This document shows positions 25,696-39,155 of a DNA stretch of 64,000 nt, piece by piece (positions within the stretch are counted from its first letter, which is position 1; each line of letters opens with the position of its first letter). Position numbers and translations under genes: made by a program. Source of the stretch: Octopus vulgaris (Eukaryota); assembly GCA_951406725.2 (NCBI GenBank), contig OX597825.1:62558001-62622000 (forward strand). The letters are read 5' to 3'. The notes beneath the pieces were generated by a model. The model did no database searches, was not told the DNA's origin, and saw nothing but the letters and a program-made list of their open reading frames with translations.

Positions 25696-25820
25696 GCTTC
25701 TTTCAGTTTCCGTCTACCAAATCCACTCACAAGGCTTTGGCTGGCTCGAGGCTATAGTAGGAGACACTTGCCCAAGGTGCCACACAGTGGGATTGAACCC
25801 GGAACCATGTGGTTGGTAAG
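25428..25820 (-). mobile_element. SINE family A
   Basis: Near-consensus, head slightly truncated. Confidence 0.92.
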
Positions 25821-26492
25821 TTAGTCAGTGAATCAAAAACTTCTTGGCATTCCTGACAAATATTTTCAGTTCCTTTCTGTCAATTACGTTATTTTTAAGC
25901 TCTTGGTCGTTTATAATCCAGTGTATTTTCTAATTTGAGTGTAGTGTAGATTTTGCTGGTCTGCCTCATCCTTGTTTACCATAGGAAAATTTGCCATTGA
26001 AGAACTTGTCTCTATTACTAGCTTCTTACTATTACTAGCTTCTTGTTTCACCAACAATGACTAATAAATCTAAGTCTCTGCTCTTGTATAGTCTCTATGA
26101 TACACAAGGTGTCATATCTCCAAATCTAAGAGTGATATCAGAATCAGGATTAGTGAATCATGGGGAATTCTTAATTGCCTGGATAAGATAAAGAAATCCA
26201 ATCTTGTATGAAAATCTAAAAGAGACTTTCTTATAGATGCAGATGTACCAATTTTAGTTTATGTTTCAATAGCATGGACTGTTGCAGTTCCCCAAAACAA
26301 AACTCTAAATGGCACATACGTCACAGTATTCCATGCTGTTCTAAATATATAATGGCATCAATACATGACTGATCTAGTCTCGTTTTGGATTGTCATGAGT
26401 GGAAATCTTTTCTTCATATCAGATTTGACATGGGGGTTAATGACTAGGACAACACTGAGGTGCAGGTTTGTAAGTGTTTCCATCAACTTTAT

Positions 26493-26860
26493 TGTGGCTG
26501 TGTGGTAAGTAGCTTGCTTACCAACCACATGGTTCCGGGTTCAGCGTGACACCTTGGGTAAGTGTCTTCTACTATAGCCTTGGACTGACCAAAGCCTTGT
26601 GAGTGGATTTGGTAGACGGAAACTGAAAGAAGCCTGTTGTATATATGTATATGTACATATATGTGTGTGTGTGTTTGTGTGTCTGAGTTTGTCCCCCCCC
26701 CAAACATCAGTTGACAACCGATGCTGGTGTGTTTACATCCCCGTAACTTAGTGGTTCAGCAAAAGAGACCAATAGACTAAGTACTAGGCTTACAAAGAAT
26801 AAGGTGGTGCTCCAGCATGGCTGCAGTCAAATGACTGAAACAAGTAAAAGAGTAAAAGAG
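26493..26860 (+). mobile_element. SINE family A with small internal deletions
   Basis: Head, core and (GTAAAAGA)n tail. Confidence 0.9.
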
Positions 26861-26984
26861 ATTTCCACCACCGCACTGCCACTGGCAGCTTCATCACCAC
26901 CACCACTACCACCACTGCCACTGCTGCCACTTCCACCACTGCGGCTGCTAGCACTGCCAACACCACCACTGCCACCACCACTGC

Positions 26985-27345
26985 TGTCTGAGTTCAAATC
27001 CACCAAGGCCGTCTTTGCCTTTTATCCTTTCAAGTTCGATAAAGTAAGTTCCAGTTAAACACTGGAGTCACTGTAATCGAATTGCCCGTACCCTGAAATT
27101 GCCGGCCTTGTGTCAAAATTCGAAACCAAAATTACATAAAATATTATGGTAGGGAGCTGCATGAATCATTATTAGCATTGGGAAATATTTACAGGTTTAC
27201 ATTCTGAGTTGAAGTACAGCTGAAGTCAACTTTACCTTTCTCATCTACAGATTCAGAAAAATAAAGTACCAGTCAAGTACTTGGGTTGATGTACTCAACT
27301 CACTCCATCCCTCAAATTGTGGGCTTTGTGCATAAATGAGAAACA
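26985..27345 (+). mobile_element. Two degenerate SINE B2 copies
   Basis: tctgagttcaaatcc...gccggccttgtgtcaaaa; second copy from ~27150. Confidence 0.65.
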
Positions 27346-27403
27346 AGCATTAGAAACATATTACAAAAGAATATAAAAATTCTTTATTTTAAATTGTCTA
27401 AAG

Positions 27404-27746
27404 CAGTGGTTCCACCTGGGGCCTATATGACCCCTAGGGATCCATATAAGATTTATGAGGGCCCATGCAAGCAAAATAGTAATTTGGGTACACACAGTAG
27501 TATATTAAGGGTCAATGAAGAAGTTTGATTTAGATGTATTTATTAGAAAAAATAGCAACATTTCTTTCTTAAATGTTTTACATAGTTCAGCCTACGCCAG
27601 TTAACGTGTGAAAAACAAAACAGGAATTTTGAAAGACGCATCAATAAAACATCAAAGTTTTCAAACATCAAATGGCTATGAGGTTTACCAAAGTAAAATA
27701 GTAATCAAAGGCATCCATAGATAAAAAAAACAGTTGAGAACCATTG
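27404..27746. mobile_element. hAT-like MITE
   Basis: cagtggttcc...gttgagaaccattg; homologous to 43069-43406. Confidence 0.8.
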
Positions 27747-27819
27747 GTTGAGAGAGTGAGAGAGAGAGAGAGAGTGTGGGGGAGACATACAGACAGCCAG
27801 ACAAAGAGAGACAGAAATA

Positions 27820-28400
27820 TGCAACATGGCTGTGTGGATAAGATGTTTGCTTCTCAAGCACATAGTTGCGGGGTCAACCCCACTGAATTGCAGCTTGGGC
27901 AAGTATTTCTCTACTATTGTCCTGGGACAACCAAAGCCTTGTTGTGAGTTCATTTGGTAGATGGAAGCTGAAAGAAGCCTACTGTACATATGCATGTGTG
28001 TGTGCATGTGTGTGTGCATGTGTGTGTGTGTGTGTGTGTGTGTATCTTTAATCATATCTTGACATCACATTCATATATACGGTGGCATGTAAAAAGCACC
28101 ATCTGAATGTGGCCGATGCCAGCGCTGCCTTGACTGGCTTCTGTGCCAGTGGCACGTAAAAAGCACCAACTGATCGTGGTTGCTGCCAACCTCCCCTGGC
28201 ACCTGTGCCAGTGACACATAAAAAGCACCCACTACACTCACAGAGTGGTTGGCATTAGGAAGGGCATCCAGCTGTAGAAACACTGCCAGATCAGACTGGA
28301 GCCTGGTGCAGCCTCCTGGCTTCCCAGACCCCGGTTGAACCATCCAACCCATGCTAGTACGGAAAATGGAACTTAAATGATGATGATGAGGAAGAGGATG
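27820..28400 (+). mobile_element. SINE A-type head followed by a SINE D body and (GAT)n tail
   Basis: Head 27820-27990, (TG)n, then aaaagcacc repeats, ggttggcattaggaagggcatccagc, ttaaatgatgatgat. Confidence 0.75.
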
Positions 28401-29604
28401 ATAAATGATGAGCCCCTTTCAGCTTCCACCAAATCCATCAGAAAGCTTTTGCTTGCCTAATGCTTAATTAGAATACATTTGTCTAAGGAACTTGTGATAG
28501 TGAACCCGAAATCTTATATGGAAAAGCAGATTTCTTAACAACATCAGAAATATATATCAGAAATAAATTCAAATACTAATTTTATAATATCTATTTTGAA
28601 CATAATGCCTGGGAAATTTTACCTAAAACCTAACATACTGGAAACTAGAGATATGTCTATCCTGGTTTCTTGACTTGTATGATTGTATAGCTTGGTACCA
28701 CACATATATAAATGAAATCGTGTTCAGATATAATTAAAGTTTCTTATATATGTTCAGACGTAAAGGTAATAAACATATAAATAGTGTATATGTATAGACA
28801 TATTTAAGTGAATAAGAAGCAACGGTGCCAATAATTTCTTGTAAGTTGAACCAAAAATAACAGTCAGTAAATTAAATAGAATATAGTCAGTCTAAAATAA
28901 CAAAACAATGTCACGATTGCTATCTTATTAGCATTTAGTCTCAAATGTCAAGACGTAGTAGTTCAATTCTACTTAAGTTACTTTGGAAATCGGATAGTAA
29001 GAGAATAAAAGGTGATTTAATAGGATTAATTCATTTATTTCTGATGATTCAGTGCATCAGATATTGCAAGTTACCTCAAGGGAAGCTTTAAAATCTGACA
29101 CTGTAAGTCACATGAAAATCAAAAAAAAAAGAAAAGAGAGAGAAAGAAAGAGGAAATATTCTCACTTTTACTTTGCAACTGTGACTTAAAGTGCCATATT
29201 TATGAGTCTTCAAGATGGCTATTTATAGCCCCATGTAAAGTAAAAAAAAACCATTGATAATAAATGATTTATAAAGGGGAAAGAGTTTAAGTAGTAGCGA
29301 TATTAAAATTGTTAATATTTTGACCAAGAATACCATTAATTTAATGTTATTATCAGCTGAATAAAGATTATTAACTTGTTCAAATTGATATTGCTTTCTT
29401 AAAGAATTTATTAAAAAATTTGCATAATTGGTAATCATATATAATAACAATGAACCTAGATTTGTATAGAGATTTATTTAAAGTTTATGGAAACTAAATA
29501 TATTCTAAATCCAATATGTATACTATAAATATTATATTTTGAGCTGTCACTATCATCTTCAGATATGAAACATTATTTTCTCTTTTGATATTTACAACAA
29601 TAGA

Positions 29605-29810
29605 AGGCGATCAGTTGGCAGAATCATGGGTATTCTGAGCAAAACACTTAACAGCATTTTGTGTGTCTTTATGTTATGAGTTCAAATGCCACTGATGTTA
29701 TTTTGTCAGGATTCTTAAAAATTAATACCAGTTGTGAACTAGGTTCAACGTAATTGACTTACCTCCTCCCCATAAATTGTTGGCCTTCTGCTAAAATTTG
29801 AAACCAATAT
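29605..29810 (+). mobile_element. Degenerate SINE B2
   Basis: ttggcagaatcat...gagttcaaatgcc...tggccttctgctaaaatttgaaacc. Confidence 0.65.
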
Positions 29811-30086
29811 TTACCACAATGTTTTTATCAGTTTGGTTTACAATTGTCCTCTGCGATGTACAAGCTAGGCTATGAAGTAGGGGCATCAAGATCATCATGA
29901 TAGTATGTACACAAGGCATTTCATGAAGGCTTGTAAAACCTAACATAATGAGCTTAAGACTAAGGAGAAATTTTATGGACATAGTACTGTGTGATTAAGG
30001 ATCTTGCTTTTTGATTATGCTCTGAGGAATCAGTCCCACTGTGCAGCACCTAGGACCAGTATCTTCTAATATGATATTACACCACT

Positions 30087-30512
30087 AAGACAGCAAGCTG
30101 GTAGAATCGTTAGCATGCCAGGTGAAATGCTTAACGGTATTTCATCTGCTGCTACGTTCTGAGTTCAAATTCCGCTGAGGTCGACTTTGCTTTTCATCCT
30201 TTCGGAGTCGATTAAATAAGTACCAGTTATGCACTGGGGTTGATTTAATCGACTTAATACCTATGTCTGTCCTTGTTTGTCCCCTCTGTGTTTAGCTCCT
30301 TGTGGGTAGTAAAGAAATAGGTATTTCATCTGCCGCTATGTTCTGAGTTCAAATTCCATCGAGGTTAACTTTGCCTTTCATCCTTTCGGGGTCAATCAAA
30401 TAAGTACCAGTTACGCACTGGGGACAATGTAATCGACTTAATCCATTTGTTTGTCCTCCTTGTTTGTCTCCTCTATGTTTAGCCCCTTGTGGGCAATAAA
30501 GAATTAAATATA
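30087..30512 (+). mobile_element. SINE family B dimer nested in an old SINE (~29980-30915)
   Basis: Body repeated from ggtatttcatctg; 13-bp TSD atattacaccact at 30074 and 30513. Confidence 0.9.
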
Positions 30513-30573
30513 ATATTACACCACTGAAAGCCCTTACATTGATTTAGGAAAAAGAACATGAAAAACTCTTGTA

Positions 30574-30604
<31 letters not shown>

Positions 30605-30944
30605 AGTCTGTGTGTCTGCATATGTGTGTGTAAAGGTGTGCCTGTGTGTGCATATATGAGGGTGTGTTTCTGCATATTTATCCTGTTCTTGACATTCAGT
30701 GCTGTTTTAAATGAGTGTTACAGTCATACAATTAGTACCATATGTGCCTAGTCTTCTATGAATAACATGTCAGGCCACAAGGGAATATTACTGTCCTTTG
30801 GAGCAGGTTAGGGTCGGTGACAAGAAGGGCATCTCTTTCTGTAGAATATCTTCCTCAACAAACTCTATCTGATCCATGCAAGCCTTGCAAAGTGAACTTT
30901 AAAACGATGATGATTCTATCCATCCATACTTTTGCTCTTCTGTA

Positions 30945-31230
30945 CAAGGAAGTCTTTGCTGGCCACTGCTACCATACTGAAGATGAGGCCATATAATATA
31001 TTATGTTTTGAAGATTCTCTCATCGTCTGATAGAGGAGAAAACCACAATACTACATTGATGCTCTTGATGCTGTTTGTAGAAATACGTAACAGGAAATTA
31101 GCGACACAAGAAAGTATGACATTGCGAAATTTATTGTAGTTGTAGCCACTAGAAGGAGAAGAAGAAGAAGAAGAAGAAGAAGAAGAAGAAGAAGAAGAAG
31201 AAGAAGAAGAAGAAGAAGAAGAAGAAGAAG
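30945..31230 (+). mobile_element. RTE-clade LINE 3' relic with (GAA)n tail
   Basis: FAGHCYHTEDE...RG...YYIDAL peptides resemble the RTE C-terminus; stops and frameshifts. Confidence 0.55.
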
Positions 31231-31256
31231 AGGAACTGAAGAAGAAGAACTGAATG

Positions 31257-31293
<37 letters not shown>

Positions 31294-31298
31294 TGATG

Positions 31299-31329
<31 letters not shown>

Positions 31330-31355
31330 TGATAATGATAATAATAATGATGATG

Positions 31356-31411
<56 letters not shown>

Positions 31412-31635
31412 CATGTCGCGCACATATGGTTGTGATGCATGTGCCTGGTGTACCCTTATCAGACGAGTAGTCATGATGGGTATATTGGGCTTCGTATATT
31501 TTACCCCAGTATCACTTTGATGGCATGAACTGCTCTCTCACTCAATAATAATAATAATAATAATGATGATGATGATGATGATGATAATAATAATGATAAT
31601 AATAATAATAATAATAATAATGATGATGATGATGA

Positions 31636-31666
<31 letters not shown>

Positions 31667-31841
31667 AAGAAGAAGAAGAAGAAGAAGAAGAAGAAGAAGA
31701 AGAAGAAGAAGAAGAAGAAGAAGAAGAAGAAGAAGAAGAAGAAGAAGAAGAAGAAGAAGAAGAAGAAGAAGAAGAAGACGAAGAAGACGAAGAAGAAAAA
31801 GAAGAAGAAGAAGAAGAAGAAGAGGAACTGAAGAAGAAGAA

Positions 31842-31897
<56 letters not shown>

Positions 31898-31909
31898 TGA
31901 TGATGATGA

Positions 31910-31940
<31 letters not shown>

Positions 31941-32004
31941 AAGAAGAAGAAGAAGAAGAAGAAGAAGAAGAAGAAGAAGAAGAAGAAGAAGAAGAAGAAG
32001 AAGA
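31152..32004. repeat. Compound (GAA)n/(AAT)n/(GAT)n microsatellite with an embedded ~135-bp insert
   Basis: Direct sequence; unique insert 31411-31545 ending ctctcactc(aat)n. Confidence 0.95.
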
Positions 32005-32605
32005 TCTAATTCAAATCCAGTCTAATACAATGAATATTTACTTTTAACTAATTATCATTCAGATTAATTTATCAACTGTCTTGCTTATTTATCCAATTTG
32101 TTTCAAATTAGTTATGAATTATCTCATAGCTTCATGATTTTGATGATGTAATTATGTTTAGTATGACAGTGTAGGGTAAGTGTGAGAGGCCAGATTTGGC
32201 CAGTTTGAATATTTGGCCAATTATTTGGGCCAGGCATGTCCCATTTGAAGGCTAACAGGTAAGCTAAGAATTATAAAATTCTTACCCACTCTGCCACTGG
32301 TGACTTTTAGGTTATCTAATTAATTTTCTACTGATAGCAACAACAACAACAAGACAATCTCAGTATCTTGTACATACTCAGGGAATATCCTTCGTGATGA
32401 CTGAAGATCAAAACTGTTTGAACATAGTGTAGATGTCAATGTTAAAATCATTCTTCATCTCTAAAGTTGAGGTTAATAGCTTGGAAAATTATAATCAGCT
32501 TAACAATAACACAGTTCAGATATTTAAACATTTGACATGTAGAATGTTTTAAGTATTACTAAAGTGATGCATTAAAAATCTTTGTCTTTATTTCCATTGT
32601 TTTAG

Positions 32606-32664
32606 AATTTTCTGAACACACTCTTGACAGAATCATTTTAATAAATGATGTATTACTCTATTAA
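32606..32664 (+). CDS. Weak candidate exon (E-FSEHTLDRIILINDVLLY*)
   Basis: tttccattgttttag acceptor; only the phase-1 frame is open. Confidence 0.25.
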
Positions 32665-33104
32665 CTCTACACTGTGTATTGAATTCCTAATCCTGTTTTC
32701 TACAATACAGATTAAAATCCAATTTGTCAAAAGGTGCCAGGGTTGAATATGTTTCTGACATCAGAATTTCTCCTGCCTAGTCATCTATTCTTTGGATTAA
32801 ATGTTTATTGCATAAGAGGAAATAAATCTTCTGATTATGTATTTACTATCAAGACAAAGATCAATTTATATTTCCTTATTTCTTTTAAGCAGCAACTGTT
32901 GATTGGCAGAAGTGTCAGTGTTTTAAGACTGACCAGTTTACAGAATACACAGTACCTTAAATTGATACATTTTAAGAAAAACAAGAGGAGAGAGAGCGAG
33001 TAAGTGAGAGAGAGACAGAGAGACAGACAGGCAGACAGACAGACAGATAGATAGAAAGTGTATTCTTTTGCAATATAGGATTGGTGTGGATGTGTGGTAA
33101 GAAG

Positions 33105-33517
33105 GCGGCGAGCTGGGAGAAACGTTAGCACACCAGGCCAAAAGGCTTAGCGGTATTTTGCCTGGCGCTACGTTCTGAGTTCAAATTCTGCCAAGGTCGA
33201 CTTTGCCTATCATCCTTTCGGGGTCGATTAAATAAGTACCAGTTACACACTGGGGTCGATGTAATCGACTTAATCCGATTGTTTGTCCTTGTTTGTTCCC
33301 TCTATGTTTAGCCCCTTGTGGTTAGTAAAGAAATAGGTATTTTGCCTGTCCTTACGTTCTGAGTTCAAATTCCGCCGAGGTCGACTTTGCCTTTCATCCT
33401 TTCAGGGTCGATAAATTAACTACCAGTTATGCACTGGGGTCGATGTAATCGACTTAATTCCTTGGTCTGTCCTTGTTTTTCCCCTCTATGTTTAGCCCCT
33501 TCTGGGCAATAAAGAAA
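33105..33517 (+). mobile_element. SINE family B dimer
   Basis: Same ggtattt junction as 30087; 7-bp TSD taagaag at 33098 and 33518. Confidence 0.9.
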
Positions 33518-33959
33518 TAAGAAGCTTGCTTCCCAATCACATGAATCTGGGTTCATTTCCACTGCATGGCACCTTGGGCAAGTGTCTTCTACTATAGCTT
33601 CAGGTTGACCAAAGTCTTGTGAGTGGATTTGGTAGATGGAAACTAAAAGAATCTTTTCATATAGGTGTGTGAGGACACATGGCCTGGTGGTTAGGGCGTT
33701 GCACTCATGATCATTAGATTTTGATTTCATTTTCGATTTGATGGAGAGAGTGAACTAATGTGAGGAGCAAATATTTGATCACTATAAAAAAATTATTTGT
33801 GCAGGCCATTTGGCAAAAGCTGAGTGCTCATACATCGTCTTCAATGGGAGAGTCTATTATACATACACGCACACACATACATACATATATACATACATAC
33901 CTGTGTATACTCACACACACACATACACACACAAATATACATATATATATATATATGTG

Positions 33960-34202
33960 CACACATAAATATATATTGAGAAAAATGTGGCAGTAGGAAC
34001 TTTGGATAATTCTTTAGTAGCACTTTTATTTGTTTAATCAAACTCTTTAAAACAAGAATTAAAACCAAAAACCATTTTGGTTTTAATTTTTGTCTCCAAG
34101 AGTTCAGCTAAACAAACAAAAGTGCTTATAAAGAATTATCCAAAATCTGACTTCCTCCTTTTTCTCAATATACACATATCTGTACACCACTTCAAAAACT
34201 AT
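33960..34202. mobile_element. Hairpin element family G, copy 2
   Basis: Clearly homologous to 20280-20520 along its whole length. Confidence 0.8.
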
Positions 34203-34220
34203 ATATATATACACATACAC

Positions 34221-34310
<90 letters not shown>

Positions 34311-34554
34311 GTATATGTGTTCTAGTGCGTGTGTTTGTCTGCTGCCACCGCTTGACAACCAGTGTTAGTATGTTTAAATCCCTATAACTTAGCAGTTCAG
34401 CAGAGGAAACCGATTGAATAAGAACTAGACCTAAAAGAAATTAACCCTGGGCTCGACTTGCTTGACTGAAACCCTTCAAGGTGGTGCCCCAGCATGGTTG
34501 CAATCAAACGACTGAAACCAGATAAAAAGATATACATTAATTTATTCCAAAATA

Positions 34555-34719
34555 GGTGTAGGAGTGGCTCTGTGGTAAGTAGCTTGCTTACCAACCACAT
34601 GGTTCCAGGTTCAGTCCCACTACATAGCACCTTGAGGAAGTGTCTTCTATTATAGCCTCGGGGCGACCAAAGCCTTGTGAGTGGATTTGGTAGATGGAAA
34701 CTGAATGAAGCCCATAGTA

Positions 34720-34772
<53 letters not shown>

Positions 34773-34987
34773 ATATATGTTTGTGTGTCTGTGTTTGTCC
34801 CACCAATATCACTTGACAACCGATGCTGGTGTGTTTTCGTCCCTGTAACGTAGCAGTTTTGGAAAAAGAGACTGATAGAGTAAGTACTAGGCTTACAAAG
34901 AATAAGTCCTATGGTCGATTTGCTCGATTGAAGGCAGTGCTCCAGCATGGCCACAGTCAAATGACTGAAACAAGCAAAGAGTAAAAT
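34555..34987 (+). mobile_element. SINE family A
   Basis: Full length. Confidence 0.9.
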
Positions 34988-35724
34988 AAGGTACTTATAA
35001 TATTTACAGTTTCAAAGACCAAATTTAATTTCTTTAACATTATTCTTTTAGTCTTTGATTTTCACATCATTCAAAGCAAAGAATAAAGTCTGTAAACCAA
35101 TTATAAAACCATATATTAAGTATCTCATCTGTCTATATATGCGGTAGGGGAAAATATCACAGAAAATAATAACAACGATGATCTTAAACATAATCATTTC
35201 CTCGTGAAAAAATTACTCAGTCAATTGTGCAGTTAAACATTAAGTAATACTAACTCACTTTTATTTAATATTTCATTTAAAGCTGCCATCTGAGGGTTGT
35301 TTGTTGTTTTCTTTTATAATTTAATATACTTACTAGTTTTAGCATAGATAAGGTTGTAATTGTTTTTGCTCTTTGCTTTTGGGTTTTTTTTTCTTCTCAT
35401 TTTTAAGCAGAAGCTTTTACTTTAGTTAAAATCATTTAGATATCTAGGAACAAGGTCATAGTCTCCTGTAAAATCAATTTATGTGTCTCATACTGACAAG
35501 ATATTCCAGTGCTGAAATGAGCTGTCATAGAACAAGAAATATGTAACCATTTTTTTTTAAAGTTACATACGTAATTTACTTTAATCTCAGTTATTAACTT
35601 ATAAATGTATATACACATAGGAATTTATCAAAGGTAAAGATTACATCTCTCTCACAAAGCAGTAGAGACTGTGTTCTTCCTAGTCTACAAGGGATACTAC
35701 ACTGATTCTCATCAACTAATATGT

Positions 35725-35953
35725 TTAACCCTTTCAATACCAACCCGGCTGAAACCATCTCTGGCACTGTAGTACAATTATCTTCTTTTTATAAGTTTTG
35801 AATTAAAATCTACCACCAAACCTTAGTCACAATTTATGTTCCTAACACTAGCTGAATGATAGCAAAGTTATTTTACTAAATTCTTTGTTATATTTAAATT
35901 GATTGAAAGAAACATAGAGCATCTCAAAATAAATACAGTAATGAAAGGGTTAA
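35725..35953. mobile_element. piggyBac-like TTAA MITE (second family)
   Basis: ttaaccctttc...gaaagggttaa; homologous to 43779-44006. Confidence 0.85.
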
Positions 35954-35964
35954 GTATCTGATAT

Positions 35965-36276
35965 TTGTGGTGGTGCAATGGCCCAGTGGTTAGGGCAGCG
36001 GACTCGCGGTCGGAGGATCGCAGTTTCGATTCCCAGACCGAGCGTTGTGTGTGTTTATTGAGCGAAAACACCTAAAAAGCTCCACGAGGCTCCGGCAGGG
36101 GGTGGTGGCAAACCCTGTTGTATTCTTTTGCCACAACTTTCTCTCACTCTCTCTTGCTGTTTCTTGAGTAACGCTGTGATGGACTGGTGTTCCGTCCAGT
36201 TGGGGGGACATGTACACCACAGAAACTGGGAAACTGGACCCATGAGCCTGGCTAGGCTTGATAAAGGGTGACGTTT
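35965..36276 (+). mobile_element. SINE family C variant
   Basis: tggcccagtggttaggg A box, gtttcgattccc B box, gatggactgg domain; 10-bp TSD tatctgatat at 35955 and 36277. Confidence 0.85.
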
Positions 36277-36701
36277 TATCTGATATCTAGTGATGGTTAT
36301 TGCACTTCAACATTGCAATTCATTTCTTACAATTTTTAAGAATCTAAAGATTAGAGAATACATCTTAATCACATAGCAATTGATATGGTTGAACTCATCT
36401 AAAATATATATTGCTTGGAAAGTAATTATTGTAATATATTTTAAATGCTGTACATGATGATATCATAATATTTGTTACCCAGTAGTAATGTTTTACAAAG
36501 TGTAACCATTCAGCTTATGGATAATGCATCACCCAACGTTAACATGAAACAAACTTCATTTCCAACAGTGATAAGTGCTTTAATGCAATGAGTAATTAAT
36601 ATCTTACCTTGTGATTAATACCAGTATAGAATATAATTTGCATGTGAATATGTAACCACATGTTCAATAGCATTCATTATTGTATATATGCTCTGTCTGT
36701 G

Positions 36702-36740
<39 letters not shown>

Positions 36741-37787
36741 AATAATCAGTTCAAGACTATATAGATATCTTATATATAGATAATTAGATCAAATAAAAAC
36801 AAAAAAAAACATGATGAAATGCAATAAATATTTCAACTATCTCTCACCTATGTGCGAGTATTTTCGTGTAGGGGGGGTGCATGTATGCATGTATGTGTTT
36901 GTGTACATGCATGTGCATGTGAGTGTATACAAGTGTATATATGTGCGTACACATGCATATGCATGTGTGTGTGTGCATGTTCTTGCATGAATGTACAGGT
37001 GCTCCCTACATCATAAGTTTCTAAAATTATGTAGATAATAATCAAGAAATAATGATTTAATTAACTCATTATTTTTAGGTAAATTAATTTACAAATCTGC
37101 CAGAATATCATTCAGCTAGTAATTATCATTTCAAGAAAGTATCACAGTAGGATGTATATTAACAAAGTTTCTATAAGAAATTTGTTAATAATTAATTAAT
37201 AAATCTATAGAAGAACAAGTGATAACATGTAGCCGTGGTGTGATCTATTCCTCGAGTAATCTGAATCCAGTAAAACAAATTAGTTTCAAGCTGTGAACAT
37301 TTATATTGTCTTTAATATCAAACAAAATAAACAGCTAAATAATATTCTATGTTGCCAATTAAGCAAGAAACCAGTATAGCGATATCTGTAATCTATTTTG
37401 TTTCACTAGCTGCAATATTTAAATAGCGGACAGTATATACACACACAGCTAAAGTCAATAGCGATTTTGAATAGAGAATTTGTTAAAACACAAAGTTTCT
37501 ATTAAAATTAACCTAGTTACACTAAAGAACTGTGTGTATGTATGTTTGTGTGTACATGTATGCACATATGTATGTATGTGTGTGTGCGCGTGTCTGTATG
37601 TGTGATCTGTCAATTATGCTTCTATGACACATCATTCCTCAGCATGAACAAGCTGTTTGACTTCATAGATTTTAGTTTCATTTAATAAGGTGTCCCTTTC
37701 TCTAAGAAACCAATTATTTAAACATTAAGACACCACTCTGTTCCTGTATTATGTAACATCTTCTGTCCAATAATAACATTTGGCTTT

Positions 37788-38145
37788 TAATCTTTTATTC
37801 TTCTATTCTCTTTCATTTAATGGACTCTAAACATGCTGGTGCGCTATCCTGAAGGGTTTGGTCGATCAAATCGACTCCAGTACTATTTTTCAAAGTCTGG
37901 TATTTATTTTATTAGCTTCTTTTACTAAACTACTAAGTTAGAGGGAAACAAACACATACACATATATATTGAGAGGCACACATACACATATGTAAGGAGA
38001 TTCAACATAGTTTCCTGCTACCAAATTTACTCACTAGACATTAGGTCAACCTGAGGTGATACTAGAAGACACTTGCACAAGGCACTGGACAATGGAACTA
38101 AACTCAAGCCATATTGGTCTGAAGAAAACTTCTTAACCATACATC
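37788..38145 (-). mobile_element. Degenerate SINE A
   Basis: Diverged homology to other A copies. Confidence 0.7.
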
Positions 38146-38656
38146 TATGTCTATGAGAAAAAATGTTCATTATTGAGCAAAATAAGGAGCTAGTTCTAAA
38201 TATAGTCCCTTAACAACATTTATTATGGAATAATATCCAAGTTATATGCAATAATTTCATAACTGCAACGATTGTGTTTCAAAAATAACATTAAAATCTT
38301 GATAAATAAAAAAGTTACCGTTGTTTAACGAAGTCAGTCTAAATTCGTGATTATTTTAGAATTTAATTGAAACACAAAAAGGGTGTGTTTTAGTTAGAAA
38401 TATAATAATGGAAGGGTTAATATTTCTAATAAGTTGGTTACTTAACCATATACTTGCAAAGTAAGCTTCTTAACCGCAGTTATACTAGGTTTATACTTTA
38501 ATAGTTTAGTCAAAAGAGGAAGAGCAGCACGTAAAAAATTTTACTGCACCTTTGGGTTTGACAGTGGGAAGGCAAAATACTTTAAACAACACTAAAAGGA
38601 TTCACAAGATAGGTAAATGGTGGCATGAATATGTGTGCCTCATTGGCACATTGTAT

Positions 38657-38925
38657 CTCTTTTACTCTTTTTGTCAAGCAATGTTGAGGGAGACAGACAC
38701 AGACACACAAACATATGCACAGACATACATTCATATATATATATATATATATACATATATACGACGGGCATCTTTCAGTTTCCATCTACCAAATCCACTC
38801 GCAAGGCTTTGGTTGGCCCGAGGCTATAGTAGAAGACACTTGCCCAAGGTGCCACACAGTGGGACTGAATCCGGAATCGTGTGGTTGGTAAGCAAGCTAC
38901 TTACCACACAGCCACTCCTACACCT
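38657..38925 (-). mobile_element. SINE A with internal deletion
   Basis: Tail joined directly to mid-body; intact head. Confidence 0.85.
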
Positions 38926-39155
38926 ATCTTAATATTTTCACTATGATTCTGTCATTACATTTTGAGTTCAAATTCCGCCAAGGTCAACTTTGCCTTTCAT
39001 CATTTCAGTGTCGAAGTAAGTACCAGTTGAACACTAGGAACAATACAACTGAATACCCTTCCACCAAAATTGCTAAAATTCTAAACCGATATTTTTATCA
39101 TGATTTCAGTATCACACGGTAGAGAATCAAGTTCTTGTCACTATTTAAGTCTACT

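Larger units (their letters stand above)
33078..34530 (+). mobile_element. Old SINE A hosting nested insertions
   Basis: Head split at 33104/33518, body resumes 33520-33660, tail 34320-34530. Confidence 0.75.

Noticed and set aside
31001-32009. Poly-Ile/Arg/Lys/Ser ORFs
   Set aside because: Trinucleotide microsatellite
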